A stretch of DNA of 36,894 nt. Origin: Alphaproteobacteria bacterium. GTDB lineage: Bacteria > Pseudomonadota > Alphaproteobacteria > ATCC43930 > CGMCC-115725. Position 1 is the first letter of the stretch. Every line of letters begins with the position of its first letter. Where the stretch lies: contig JASHTP010000250.1 in the NCBI GenBank assembly GCA_030040495.1, positions 1-36,894 on the forward strand, written 5' to 3'. Both the position numbers and the translations under genes were made by a program. Below, piece after piece: positions 1-8,629 of this stretch. The notes under the pieces are model-generated. The model saw only the letters and a list, made by a program, of their open reading frames with translations. It was not told where the DNA came from and searched no databases.

Positions 1-250
1 GGCCGGTCTGCGGCACCGGGCGGGCGACGCTGCCGGCAGGCATGTCGGCGGCGGTGAGCACGGCGAGCACGCCCGGCGCTGCGGCGGCGGCGCTAATGTC
101 GATGCTGCGGATGCGGGCGAAGGCGTGCGGCGAGCGCACGAACCAGCCGACCGCCTCGCCGGGGAGCGCGGCGTCGGCGGCGTAGCGCCCCCGACCGCGC
201 AGCAGCGCGTCGTCCTCGATCCGTCCGCGCCAAGAATGCGTCCCTGCCAT
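1..250 (-). CDS. Xanthine dehydrogenase/aldehyde oxidase family molybdopterin-binding large subunit (CoxL-like). Only the 5' end is present (83 codons); the gene runs off the left edge.
   Basis: Not in the ORF track because there is no stop in the window. The minus-strand ATG is at 250-248, 14 nt after the livF stop, and is preceded by GAGGGCG. The translation [71 protein letters not shown] carries the N-terminal motifs of this family (R-x-ED-x-LL-x-G-x-G-x-Y, VRSPHAxARI, PGVxAVxT). Confidence 0.75.
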   Translation of the reverse strand, partial: MAGTHSWRGRIEDDALLRGRGRYAADAALPGEAVGWFVRSPHAFARIRSIDISAAAAAPGVLAVLTAADMPAGSVARPVPQTG

Positions 251-264
251 GTCGCCCTCGCGCC

Positions 265-984
265 TCAGAACACGCCCAGATGCTGGTGGAGGTCGATGCG
301 GCCCGCCCGCAGCTCGCCGGCGGTGTTGCTGACCACTACGCGGCCGCTGTTGAGGATGACGATATCGTCGGCGAGATCGAAGACCAGCTTCACGTTCTGC
401 TCGACCAGCAGGATGGAAAGCCCTTGCTCCTTGAGCCTGCGGATGGTCGACATCACCTCGGCGACGATCTGCGGCGCGAGCCCTTCGGACGGCTCGTCCA
501 TCAGCAGCACCCGCGGATTGGACATCAGCGCGCGGCCGATGGCGAGCATCTGCTGCTCGCCGCCGGAGAGATAGCCCGCGGTCTGGCGCTGGCGCTCGGC
601 AAGCCGCGGAAAGGCGGCGAAGACGGCGTCGAGTGTCCAGGGGTGGCGCGCGCCGGCAACCGGCTTGCGCGCCGCCACGGTGAGGTTCTCGCGCACGCTG
701 AGGCTGCGGAAGATGCGGCGCCCCTGCGGCACCAGCGCCAGGCCGCGCATCGCGATCGCCTCCGGCGGACGGCCGCTGACCTTCTCGCCGAAGAGGCTGA
801 CCCGGCCGGCGCGGGGCGGCAGCAGCCCCACCGCGACGTTCATGCAAGTGGTCTTGCCGGCGCCGTTGCGGCCGAGCAGGCCGAGCACGTGGCCTTCGGC
901 GAGGCTCAGCGACACGCCCTGCAGCACGTGGCTGTCGCCGTAGAAGGCGTCGATGCCGGCGAGGCTCAGCGCGTCATCCGCCAA
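265..984 (-). CDS. livF: HAAT-family (branched-chain amino acid type) ABC transporter ATP-binding protein, LivF-like
   Basis: 239-aa ORF with Walker [12 protein letters not shown] signature LSGGEQQ and Walker B LLMDEPS. Its start overlaps the livG stop by 11 nt. Confidence 0.93.
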   Translation of the reverse strand: MADDALSLAGIDAFYGDSHVLQGVSLSLAEGHVLGLLGRNGAGKTTCMNVAVGLLPPRAGRVSLFGEKVSGRPPEAIAMRGLALVPQGRRIFRSLSVRENLTVAARKPVAGARHPWTLDAVFAAFPRLAERQRQTAGYLSGGEQQMLAIGRALMSNPRVLLMDEPSEGLAPQIVAEVMSTIRRLKEQGLSILLVEQNVKLVFDLADDIVILNSGRVVVSNTAGELRAGRIDLHQHLGVF

Positions 985-1711
985 GATAGATCTCCCGCGT
1001 GCGCGGATGCGCCACCACCTCGGCGCGCGTGCCCTCGACGACGACCTCGCCGAAATGCATGAGGGTGATGCGCTCGGCGAGCTCGAGCGCCACGTCCATG
1101 TCGTGCTCGATCATGACGACGGTGACGTCGCGCGGGATCGAGCGCAGCAGCGCGTGCACCTCCTTGCGCTCGTCGACCGAAAGGCCGGCGAAGGGCTCGT
1201 CGAGCAGCAGCAGCCGCGGCTGCTGCGCCAGCGCCATGGCGATCTCGACGCGGCGGCGCTCACCGTAGGAGGTCTGCGCCAGCGGCCGCTCGGCGAGCGC
1301 CTCGAGCCCGACGCGGCCGAGCGCGGCGCGCGCTGCGGCGAGCAGCGCCGTCTGCCGGTCGAGCCGGCGGAACGGGTTCCACCGCAGCGGCGAGCGGCCG
1401 AGCAGCGACAGCGTGACGTTCTGCAGCAGGCTCTCGCGCGGAAAGAGAGTGATGATCTGATAGGTGCGGGCGAGGCCGAGATGCGGCCGGAGCCGGCTCG
1501 GCAGCGCGGTGATGTCGCGGCCGAAGAGGGCGATGGCGCCGGAGTCGGGCCTGAGCTCGCCGGTGATGAGGTTGAAGAGCGTCGTCTTGCCGGCGCCGTT
1601 GGGGCCGATGATGAGCCGGCGCTCGCCCTCCGCGACGGTGAGGTCGACGCCGGCGGTGACGCGCAGCCCGCCGAAGGCCTTGCCGAGGCCCTTGATCGCC
1701 AGCGCGCTCAT
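974..1711 (-). CDS. livG: HAAT-family ABC transporter ATP-binding protein, LivG-like
   Basis: Uses the internal ATG at 1711 of track ORF 974..2617; the upstream part of that ORF is Arg-rich out-of-context sequence overlapping livM. Starts MSALAIKGLGKAFGG. Walker A GPNGAGKT and Walker B LLLLDEPFAG are present. ATGA overlap with the livM stop. Confidence 0.93.
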   Translation of the reverse strand: MSALAIKGLGKAFGGLRVTAGVDLTVAEGERRLIIGPNGAGKTTLFNLITGELRPDSGAIALFGRDITALPSRLRPHLGLARTYQIITLFPRESLLQNVTLSLLGRSPLRWNPFRRLDRQTALLAAARAALGRVGLEALAERPLAQTSYGERRRVEIAMALAQQPRLLLLDEPFAGLSVDERKEVHALLRSIPRDVTVVMIEHDMDVALELAERITLMHFGEVVVEGTRAEVVAHPRTREIYLGG

Positions 1712-2673
1712 CGGGCGCCGCCGCGGGCGGGGGCGCGGCGCATGCCCGTCCAGAGCCAGCGCCAGAGCCGCACCGAGCCCGGCACCAGCCCCTCCGGCAT
1801 GAAGATGACGATGGCGACGAAGATGGCGCCGAGGACCAGGTTCCAGCGTTCGATATAGGCGCTCGCCACGTTCTTCATGATGACGACCAGCGCCGCGCCG
1901 GCGATCGGGCCGAGCAAGGTGCCGGTGCCGCCGGAGATCACCATGAGCAGCACCTCGGCCGAGCTGCCGAGCGCCAGCACGTTGGGGCTGACGAACTCGT
2001 TGTAGTAGCAGAAGAGCAGCCCGGCGACGCCGCTCCAGAAGCCCGAGAAGAGGAAGGCGAGGAAACGGATGAGCCAGACATTGTAGCCGAGCGCGGTCAT
2101 ACGTCGCGGCTGGTCGCGCGTGCCCTTGAGGCTGGCGCCGAAGGGCGAGGCGACGAACACCGCCATCGAGCCGACCGCGGCGAGGAAGAGGATGAGGGTG
2201 AAGTAGTAGAACGGCGTCGCACCGTCGAGCGCGACGCCGAACGGCGCCGGCCGCGAGTTCACGTTGATGCCATTGTCGCCGCCGGTCAGACTGATCCAGC
2301 GATAGGCAAGCCCCCACAGGATCTGGCCGAGGGCAAGCGTGATCATGAGAAAGCCGATGCCGGTGGCGCGCAGCGACAGCACGGCGAACACCGCCGAGGC
2401 GCCCAGGATCAGCAGCAGCGCGGCGAGCGCCGCCGGCAGATGGCCCCAGCCGTCGGCCAGCAGCCAGGCCAGGGCGTAGCTGCCGATGCCGAAGAGCCCG
2501 GCATGGCCGAGCGAGACCAGCCCGGCATAGCCCACCAGCACGTTGAGGGCGAGGGCGAAGACGGCATAGATCAGGATCTGGCTGGCGATGTTGACGTAGT
2601 AGCTGTTGCCGACCCACAGCGGCACGCTGGCGAGCACGAGGAGCGCCGCCGCGACGGCGGCGGGACGGCTCAT
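1708..2673 (-). CDS. livM: HAAT-family ABC transporter permease, LivM-like
   Basis: 321-aa multi-TM ORF containing the typical LNVLVGYAGLVSLGHAGLFGIGSY segment. ATGA overlaps at both ends, with livH and livG. Confidence 0.92.
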   Translation of the reverse strand: MSRPAAVAAALLVLASVPLWVGNSYYVNIASQILIYAVFALALNVLVGYAGLVSLGHAGLFGIGSYALAWLLADGWGHLPAALAALLLILGASAVFAVLSLRATGIGFLMITLALGQILWGLAYRWISLTGGDNGINVNSRPAPFGVALDGATPFYYFTLILFLAAVGSMAVFVASPFGASLKGTRDQPRRMTALGYNVWLIRFLAFLFSGFWSGVAGLLFCYYNEFVSPNVLALGSSAEVLLMVISGGTGTLLGPIAGAALVVIMKNVASAYIERWNLVLGAIFVAIVIFMPEGLVPGSVRLWRWLWTGMRRAPARGGAR

Positions 2674-3530
2674 GGCACGTGCCTGCCGAACAGGCCCTGC
2701 GGACGGAACAGCAGGATCAGCAGCATCGGCAGGAACAGGATGATGTAGGCGAGCTCCGGGAACAGCACCTGTCCGTAATTGTAGAGGAAGCCGATGATGA
2801 GGCTGCCGAGCAGCGCGCCGAGCAGGCTGCCGGTGCCGCCGAGAATGACGACGATGAGCGCCAGCGGCAGCATGTCGCCGTCGAGGCCGGGATAGACCGA
2901 GAGGATCGGCCCGCCGATGACGCCGGCGAAGCCGGCGACCGCCGCGCCGAGGCAGAAGACGATGGTGAAGATGCGCGAGACGCGGATGCCGGTGACCCGC
3001 GCCATCGCCTCATCGTCGACGCCGGCGCGGATCATGGCGCCGAGCCGGGTGCGCTCGAGCAGTAGCCACAGCGCCGCGGCGATGACCACGGCGATGACGA
3101 CGACGACCAGGCGGTAGGTGGGGAAGACGATGCTGGCGATCGGCAAGGCGCCGCGCAGGCCCGGCGGTGCGTCGAACGGGATCGGATCGCCGCCCCAGAC
3201 CATGAGGCAGAGATCGGCGATCATGAAGGAGAGGCCGAGGGTGACCAGCACCTGCGCCAGCTCCTGCCCGGCGAGGCGGCGCAGCAGCAGCCGTTCGATG
3301 ACGCCGCCGACCGCCGCGATTCCCACCGCGGCGACCAGCGCCGCCAGCCAGAAATTCCAGCCGAGCTGGAGCAGGGTCACGCCAAAATAGGCGCCGAGCA
3401 TGAAGAACGAGCCGTGCGTCAGGTTCGGGATGCGCATCAGGCCGAAGATGAGCGAGAAGCCGGCCGACAGCAGGAAGAGGAGACCGCCCAGGCTGACGCT
3501 GTTCACGCCCAGGAGCAGCCACTGGCTCAT
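2670..3530 (-). CDS. livH: HAAT-family ABC transporter permease, LivH-like
   Basis: Uses the internal ATG at 3530 of track ORF 2670..4931. 286 aa, very hydrophobic, starting MSQWLLLGVNSVSLGGLLFLLSAGFSLIFGLM, with a LivH-type RAGVDDEAMARVTGI loop. Confidence 0.92.
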   Translation of the reverse strand: MSQWLLLGVNSVSLGGLLFLLSAGFSLIFGLMRIPNLTHGSFFMLGAYFGVTLLQLGWNFWLAALVAAVGIAAVGGVIERLLLRRLAGQELAQVLVTLGLSFMIADLCLMVWGGDPIPFDAPPGLRGALPIASIVFPTYRLVVVVIAVVIAAALWLLLERTRLGAMIRAGVDDEAMARVTGIRVSRIFTIVFCLGAAVAGFAGVIGGPILSVYPGLDGDMLPLALIVVILGGTGSLLGALLGSLIIGFLYNYGQVLFPELAYIILFLPMLLILLFRPQGLFGRHVP

Positions 3531-3577
3531 GATCGCACTCTTCCCGCCTGCGCCGCCCCGGACGCGCCGCCCGCGCC

Positions 3578-4810
3578 TCAGCTCTTCAGCGGCGGATAGT
3601 CGCGCGAATAGACCGGCTTCGCCAGATATTCCTTCTCGTCGTAGGTCCAGAACTGGCTGACGTTCGGGTAGGTCTTGATGATGGTGTTGACGAGTTTGCC
3701 GTTCTTGCGCTCGAGTCGGCGGATGAAGACGGTGCCGACGACGTTGCCGAGATGGTCGAAGTGGAAGGGGCCGCGCGGCGTGTCGGTGAGCGAGACGGCG
3801 CGCAGCGCGGCGATCAGCGCCTGCCGGTCCTCGGTCTTGCCGCCGGTCTTCTTCAGCGCCGCCTCGATGCACATGCCGTTGATGTAAAGGCCGGCGGCAT
3901 AGCCGCCGGGGATGTTGCCGTACTCCTTGAGGATGTCGGCGACGAAACGCTTGTTGCTGGGGGTGTCGATCTCGCTCGAATACCAGGCGGCGGAGATCGC
4001 GCCCACCGCGTCGTCGCCAAAGCTCTTGAGCAGCGCGTCGTCGTAGGCGGTCCAGCCGCCGAGGATCGGCCACTTCGCCTTGGCGCCGAGCTCGGCATAT
4101 TGCTGGTTGAACTTGATCGGGTTGGAGCCGGCGAAGCCGTTCATGACGCCATCGATGCCGGCGAACTGCGAGATGAAGGGCGTGAAGTCGGCGGTGTTGA
4201 GCGGCGGCCACAGCTTCATGACGATCCGGCCGCCCGAATCCTCGAACACCTGCTGGAAGCCGCCGATCTGCTCGTAGCCGAAGGCGAAGTCCTCGGAGAT
4301 CGTCGCCACGCGCTTCAGCTTCATCTCCTTGGCGGCATAGTCGCCGAGCGGGTGGGTGCATTGTGACGAGGTCGCCGAAGCGCGCACGAAGAAGGCGTTG
4401 GGCTTGCGCTGCGTCATGTCGTCGGCGGCGGCGAGGCTCAGCATCGGCACCTTGTGCTGCTCGACGTAATTGGTGATGGCCAGCAGCTCGAAGGCGGCGA
4501 GCGGGCCGACGATGAAGTCGACCTTGTCGCGCTCGATCAGCTCCTGCGCCTTGGTCTTGGCCCCGGCGGGGTTGCCGCCGGTGTCGGCGACGATGAGCTC
4601 CACCTCGCGGCCGGCGAGCGTCGAGTTCCGGTGCTTGAGGAACAGGGTGAATCCCTGCTCCATCTGGATGCCGCCCTGCGCCAGCGGCCCGGTCTTGACC
4701 GTCATGAGCCCGATGCGCACCGGCGGCGCCGCGGCGATCGCCGGCGCGCAGGGCAGCGCCGCCGCCGCCGCGCCCGCCAGGAATGCACGCCGATCGAGAG
4801 TGAACGCCAT
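3578..4810 (-). CDS. ABC transporter substrate-binding protein, type I periplasmic binding fold (LivK/AmiC-like)
   Basis: Uses the internal ATG at 4810 with SD GGGAGGGG upstream. 410 aa with an RR-type signal peptide (MAFTLDRRAFLAGAAAAALP..AIAAAP). First gene of the liv-like operon. Confidence 0.9.
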   Translation of the reverse strand: MAFTLDRRAFLAGAAAAALPCAPAIAAAPPVRIGLMTVKTGPLAQGGIQMEQGFTLFLKHRNSTLAGREVELIVADTGGNPAGAKTKAQELIERDKVDFIVGPLAAFELLAITNYVEQHKVPMLSLAAADDMTQRKPNAFFVRASATSSQCTHPLGDYAAKEMKLKRVATISEDFAFGYEQIGGFQQVFEDSGGRIVMKLWPPLNTADFTPFISQFAGIDGVMNGFAGSNPIKFNQQYAELGAKAKWPILGGWTAYDDALLKSFGDDAVGAISAAWYSSEIDTPSNKRFVADILKEYGNIPGGYAAGLYINGMCIEAALKKTGGKTEDRQALIAALRAVSLTDTPRGPFHFDHLGNVVGTVFIRRLERKNGKLVNTIIKTYPNVSQFWTYDEKEYLAKPVYSRDYPPLKS

Positions 4811-4881
4811 CAACCCCTCCCTTGCCCGGCCGCCGCGCCGGCGGCCCGTCGTTGCTTTGATGCCCCGGCTTCCGCGGAGCT

Positions 4882-4895
4882 TGATCAAATGATAA
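4882..4895. promoter_or_regulatory. Candidate operator: imperfect palindrome TGATCA-AA-TGATAA
   Basis: AT-rich island in the divergent binding-protein/LLM intergenic region. It is a one-mismatch copy of the palindrome at 5006-5019. Confidence 0.4.
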
Positions 4896-5005
4896 TGATG
4901 TTCTGCGCGCGCCGCCACCCCCGTCGCGCAAAAAAGGCCGGCGGCGCGCCCCGGATCGGCCGTCTGGCCGCGCGCCGCAGCAGGCCCTTGCCTTCCGCCC
5001 CCTCT

Positions 5006-5019
5006 TTATCAGATGATAA
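5006..5019. promoter_or_regulatory. Candidate operator: perfect palindrome TTATCA-GA-TGATAA
   Basis: 14-nt perfect inverted repeat immediately upstream of the SD (GGACGGAGG) and ATG 5033 of the LLM monooxygenase gene. Confidence 0.45.
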
Positions 5020-5032
5020 GGACGGAGGCCCC

Positions 5033-6133
5033 ATGCAGCTCGGCTATTTCACCATGCCGCTCCATCCGCCGGAGCGCGACTACACGACGACCCTGAAGGA
5101 GGATCGCGAGGCGATCATCCTCGCCGACCGGCTCGGCTACAGCGAGGCCTTCGTCGGCGAACACGTCACCGACCGGGCGGAGACCATCACCTCCTGCCTC
5201 GTCTTCATCGCCAGCCTGATCGGCGAGACGAAGCGCATCAAGCTCGGCAGCGGCACGGTCAATCTGCCCAACAACCACCCCGCGGCCGTGGCGGCGCAGG
5301 TGGCGATGCTCGACCATCTGCTGCAGGGCCGCTTCCTCTTCGGCATCAGCCCCGGCGGCCTGCGTTCGGACGCCGAGGTGTTCGGCAATCTCGACAACGA
5401 CCGCACCGCGATGTTCGTCGAGGCGATCGACATGGTGCTGAAGATCTGGTCGTCCGACCCGCCCTACGACCTTCACGGCAAGTACTGGAAGGTCAGCACC
5501 GCGCGCACCCTCGACCGCGAGATCGGCCAGGGCGTGATGGTGAAGCCGTATCAGGAGCCGCACCCGCCCATCGTCGTCACTGTCGTCGCGCCCTTCTCCA
5601 AGGGCGTCGTCGCCGCGGCGGAGCGCGGCTGGACGCCGATCTCCGCCAACTTCCTGCAGCCGCCCTGGGTCGCCTCGCACTGGCCGATGTACGAGCAGGG
5701 CTGCCGGAACGCCGGCCGGCCGGCGCAGCGTGCCGACTGGCGCGTCGCCAAGAGCATCTTCGTCGCCGACGACGAGAGGGCGGCGCGGCGCTACGCCAAG
5801 GAGGAAGGCAGCCCTTACCGCTTCTATTACCGCAACCTCATGCGGAAGCTCATCGGCAACGGCCGGCCGGAGCTCTTCAAGCGCGACCGCGCCATGCCGG
5901 ACAGCGCCATCACTCTCGATTACGTCGTCGATTCCCTGGTAATCTGCGGCGGCGTCGACAGCGTCGTCGATCAGCTGCTGGCGTTCCGCGAAGAGGTTGG
6001 CGAGTTCGGCACTTTGCTCTATGCCGGCCACGACTGGGTCGATCCGCGGCTCGGCAGGCGCTCGATGGAGCTGATGGCGAGCGAGGTCATGCCGCGCGTC
6101 AACCGGGCGCTGAAGCAAAGCGCGGCCGAGTAG
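5033..6133 (+). CDS. LLM-class (bacterial luciferase-like) flavin-dependent monooxygenase/oxidoreductase
   Basis: Uses the internal ATG at 5033 of track ORF 4454..6133, with an SD upstream. 366 aa starting MQLGYFTMPLHPPERDY..LGYSEAFVGEH, a typical LLM N-terminus. Overall it resembles LimB-like and alkanal-monooxygenase-like proteins. Confidence 0.9.
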   Translation: MQLGYFTMPLHPPERDYTTTLKEDREAIILADRLGYSEAFVGEHVTDRAETITSCLVFIASLIGETKRIKLGSGTVNLPNNHPAAVAAQVAMLDHLLQGRFLFGISPGGLRSDAEVFGNLDNDRTAMFVEAIDMVLKIWSSDPPYDLHGKYWKVSTARTLDREIGQGVMVKPYQEPHPPIVVTVVAPFSKGVVAAAERGWTPISANFLQPPWVASHWPMYEQGCRNAGRPAQRADWRVAKSIFVADDERAARRYAKEEGSPYRFYYRNLMRKLIGNGRPELFKRDRAMPDSAITLDYVVDSLVICGGVDSVVDQLLAFREEVGEFGTLLYAGHDWVDPRLGRRSMELMASEVMPRVNRALKQSAAE

Positions 6134-6154
6134 CGCCGCGCCCGAGGAGCGGCG

Positions 6155-7909
6155 ATGGAGCCGGGCAAGAGCGAGCGGCGCGACGGCATGCGCATCGATT
6201 GGGACGTGCCGATCGCCATGGATGACGGCACCGTGCTTCGCGCCGACGTCTTCCGCCCGCCGGAGCCCGGGCGCCACCCCGTGCTCCTGACCTACGGCCC
6301 CTATGCCAAGGGCCTGGCATTCCAGGACGGCTACCCCTCGGCTTGGAACATCATGGCCGAGAAGCATCCCGACGTCACCGCCGGCTCCTCCAGCAAGTAC
6401 CAGAACTGGGAGGTGGTCGATCCCGAGAAGTGGGTCCCGGACGGCTATGCCTGCGTCCGCGTCGACAGCCGCGGCGCCGGCCGCTCGCCCGGCTATATCG
6501 ACCATTTCTCGCCGCGCGAGACCAAGGATTTCTACGACTGCATCGAATGGGCGGGCATGCAGCCCTGGAGCAGCGGCAAGGTCGGGCTCAACGGCATCTC
6601 CTATTACGCCATCAACCAGTGGCATGTCGCCTCGCTGCAGCCCCCGCACCTCGCCGTGATGTGCGTCTGGGAAGGCGCCGCCGACTGGTATCGCGACATG
6701 ACGCATCACGGCGGCATCCTCTGCACCTTCTGGGCGAACTGGTACGACATGCAGGTGCGCAGCGTCCAGCATGGCCTCGGCGAACGCGGCCCCCGCAGCC
6801 GCGTCACCGGCGATCTCGTCTGCGGGCCGGAGACGCTGAGCGAGGCAGAGCTCGCGGCGAATCGCTGCGACCTCGGCGGCGAGATCCTCGCCCATCCCTT
6901 CGACGATCGCTACCACAACGCGCGCTCGCCCGACTGGTCGAAGATCACCGTGCCGCTGCTCAGCGCGGCGAACTGGGGCGGCCAGGGGCTCCATCCGCGC
7001 GGCAATTTCGAAGGCTTCGTCCGCGCCGCTTCGCCGCAGAAATGGCTCGAGGCGCACGGCATCGAGCATTGGACGCATTTCTACACCGATTACGGCGTCA
7101 AGCTGCAGAAGCGCTTCTTCGGCCATTTCCTCAAGGGCGAAAACACCGGCTGGAACCGCCAGCCGCGCGTCCAGCTGCAGATCCGCCATCCCGGCGAGCG
7201 CTTCGTCGAGCGGCACGAAGGCGAATGGCCGTTGGCGCGCACGCAGTGGACACGCTTCTATCTCGATCCCGCGGGGCCCAGTCTCGTGCCGACGCCGCCA
7301 CGCGGCGACAGCCGGCTCGCCTTCGACGCGCTCGGCGATGGCGTCACCTTCCGGACCCCGCCGCTCGCTGAGCCGACCGAGATCACCGGGCCCTCGGCGG
7401 TGAAGCTCGTCGTCTCCTCCTCAACGATCGACGCCGACCTCTTCGCGGTGGTGCGCGTCTTTGCGCCCGACGGCGAAGAGGTGGTGTTCCAGGGCGCGCT
7501 CGACCCGCACACGCCGATCGGTCAGGGCTGGCTGCGCGCCTCGCACCGCGGGCTCGACCCGGGCCTCAGCACGCCCTATCGTCCCTATCACCGCCATGAC
7601 GCGCCTCAGCCCCTCACCCCCGGCGAGCCGGTCGAGATCGAGATCGAGATCTGGCCGACCTCGATCGTCGTGCCGCCGGGCTACTGCATCGCGCTCAGCC
7701 TCAGGGGCCGCGACTACGAGCATCCCGGACCCGGCGCGCGGCTCTCCAACATGAAGAACGAGTTCCGCGGCTGCGGGCCGTTTTTGCACGACGATCCCCG
7801 CGACCGACCGAGCCACGTCTTCGGCGGCCGGACAAGCCTGCATCTGTCGCCGGAGCGGCCTTCCTACCTGCTGCTGCCGATCATTCCGGCCCAGGGTGGC
7901 CCGCCATAA
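6155..7909 (+). CDS. CocE/NonD family hydrolase (S15 X-Pro dipeptidyl-peptidase/esterase fold)
   Basis: 584 aa with SD GAGGAG 5 nt upstream. Contains VRVDSRGAGRSPG and the nucleophile elbow GISYYA, plus the characteristic C-terminal beta-sandwich-length extension. Confidence 0.9.
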   Translation: MEPGKSERRDGMRIDWDVPIAMDDGTVLRADVFRPPEPGRHPVLLTYGPYAKGLAFQDGYPSAWNIMAEKHPDVTAGSSSKYQNWEVVDPEKWVPDGYACVRVDSRGAGRSPGYIDHFSPRETKDFYDCIEWAGMQPWSSGKVGLNGISYYAINQWHVASLQPPHLAVMCVWEGAADWYRDMTHHGGILCTFWANWYDMQVRSVQHGLGERGPRSRVTGDLVCGPETLSEAELAANRCDLGGEILAHPFDDRYHNARSPDWSKITVPLLSAANWGGQGLHPRGNFEGFVRAASPQKWLEAHGIEHWTHFYTDYGVKLQKRFFGHFLKGENTGWNRQPRVQLQIRHPGERFVERHEGEWPLARTQWTRFYLDPAGPSLVPTPPRGDSRLAFDALGDGVTFRTPPLAEPTEITGPSAVKLVVSSSTIDADLFAVVRVFAPDGEEVVFQGALDPHTPIGQGWLRASHRGLDPGLSTPYRPYHRHDAPQPLTPGEPVEIEIEIWPTSIVVPPGYCIALSLRGRDYEHPGPGARLSNMKNEFRGCGPFLHDDPRDRPSHVFGGRTSLHLSPERPSYLLLPIIPAQGGPP

Positions 7910-8064
7910 GCGACGCAACGCACCCTTCCCCGCGGCCCGCCGCGCTGCGCCGCCCGGGCAAGCGCCGCGCACGCCGTGCCGGCGAGGCGAAGACGCAGAA
8001 GCGCCTGCCGGCGGCCGATCGCGAGCAGCAGATCGTCGCCGAGGCGATCCGCTTCTTCGCCGAG

Positions 8065-8610
8065 GTGGGTTTCGCCGGCCAGACGCGCGAGCTGGCGCAG
8101 CGCGTCGGCATCACCCAGCCGCTGCTCTACCGCTATTTCCCGACCAAGCAGGATCTGATCGAGCGCGTCTTCAAGGAGGTGTTCCTGAAGCGCATCGACG
8201 ACCGCCTGACCGATCTCATCACCGACCGCTCGCGCCCGCTCGAGGAGCGGCTGCTCGACTTCTACCGCCGCTACGCCGAGCGGACCTACAGCTACGAATG
8301 GATCCGCATCTACATGTTCTCGGCGCTGATGGGCAACGACATCAATCGGCGCTACATCGGCATCGTCGAGCGCAAGATCCTGAAGCCGCTCTGCCTCGAG
8401 ATCCGCCACCATTGCGGCCTGGCGCTGGCGCCCGACGCGCCGGTCGGCGAGGCCGAGCTCGAGCATGTCTGGGTCATGCATGGCGGGCTCTTCTATTACG
8501 CCGTGCGCAAATACGTCTATCACAGCCGCGTCGCCGCCGATTTCGACGCCATCGTGCGGCGCGCGGTCAAGGCGATGCTCGCCGGCGTCAAGGCGCTCGG
8601 CGCGCCCTAA
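8065..8610 (+). CDS. TetR/AcrR family transcriptional regulator. The N-terminus is probably longer than the canonical-start ORF.
   Basis: HTH segment FAGQTRELAQRVGITQPLLYRYFPTKQDL. The same frame stays open upstream and encodes helix 1 (REQQIVAEAIRFFAEVG), but it has no ATG, GTG or TTG before 8065. See the finding at 7896-8110. Confidence 0.8.
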   Translation: MGFAGQTRELAQRVGITQPLLYRYFPTKQDLIERVFKEVFLKRIDDRLTDLITDRSRPLEERLLDFYRRYAERTYSYEWIRIYMFSALMGNDINRRYIGIVERKILKPLCLEIRHHCGLALAPDAPVGEAELEHVWVMHGGLFYYAVRKYVYHSRVAADFDAIVRRAVKAMLAGVKALGAP

Positions 8611-8629
8611 CCAGCAAGGAGAGCGGAGG

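Noticed and set aside
4887-4900. AAATGATAATGATG resembles the core of the classical Fur box (GATAATGATAATCATTATC)
   Set aside because: It is only a partial one-sided match. The flanking genes are not iron-related, and Rhizobiales mostly use Irr/RirA/Mur with different boxes. The dyad shared with 5006-5019 explains it better.
2670-4931. Very long track ORFs that fuse a real gene to an upstream Arg-rich extension (2670..4931, 974..2617, 4454..6133, 28312..30978, 22596..24215)
   Set aside because: In each case an internal ATG with a good SD or an ATGA coupling gives a protein of family-typical length. The extension overlaps the neighbouring gene in another frame.
5009-7216. 735-aa minus-strand ORF antisense to the LLM monooxygenase and CocE/NonD genes
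   Set aside because: It is low-complexity Ala/Arg/Gly/Asp-rich sequence with no motifs. It spans two well-supported plus-strand genes and their intergenic SD. This is the typical shadow ORF produced by high GC3 on the true coding strand.
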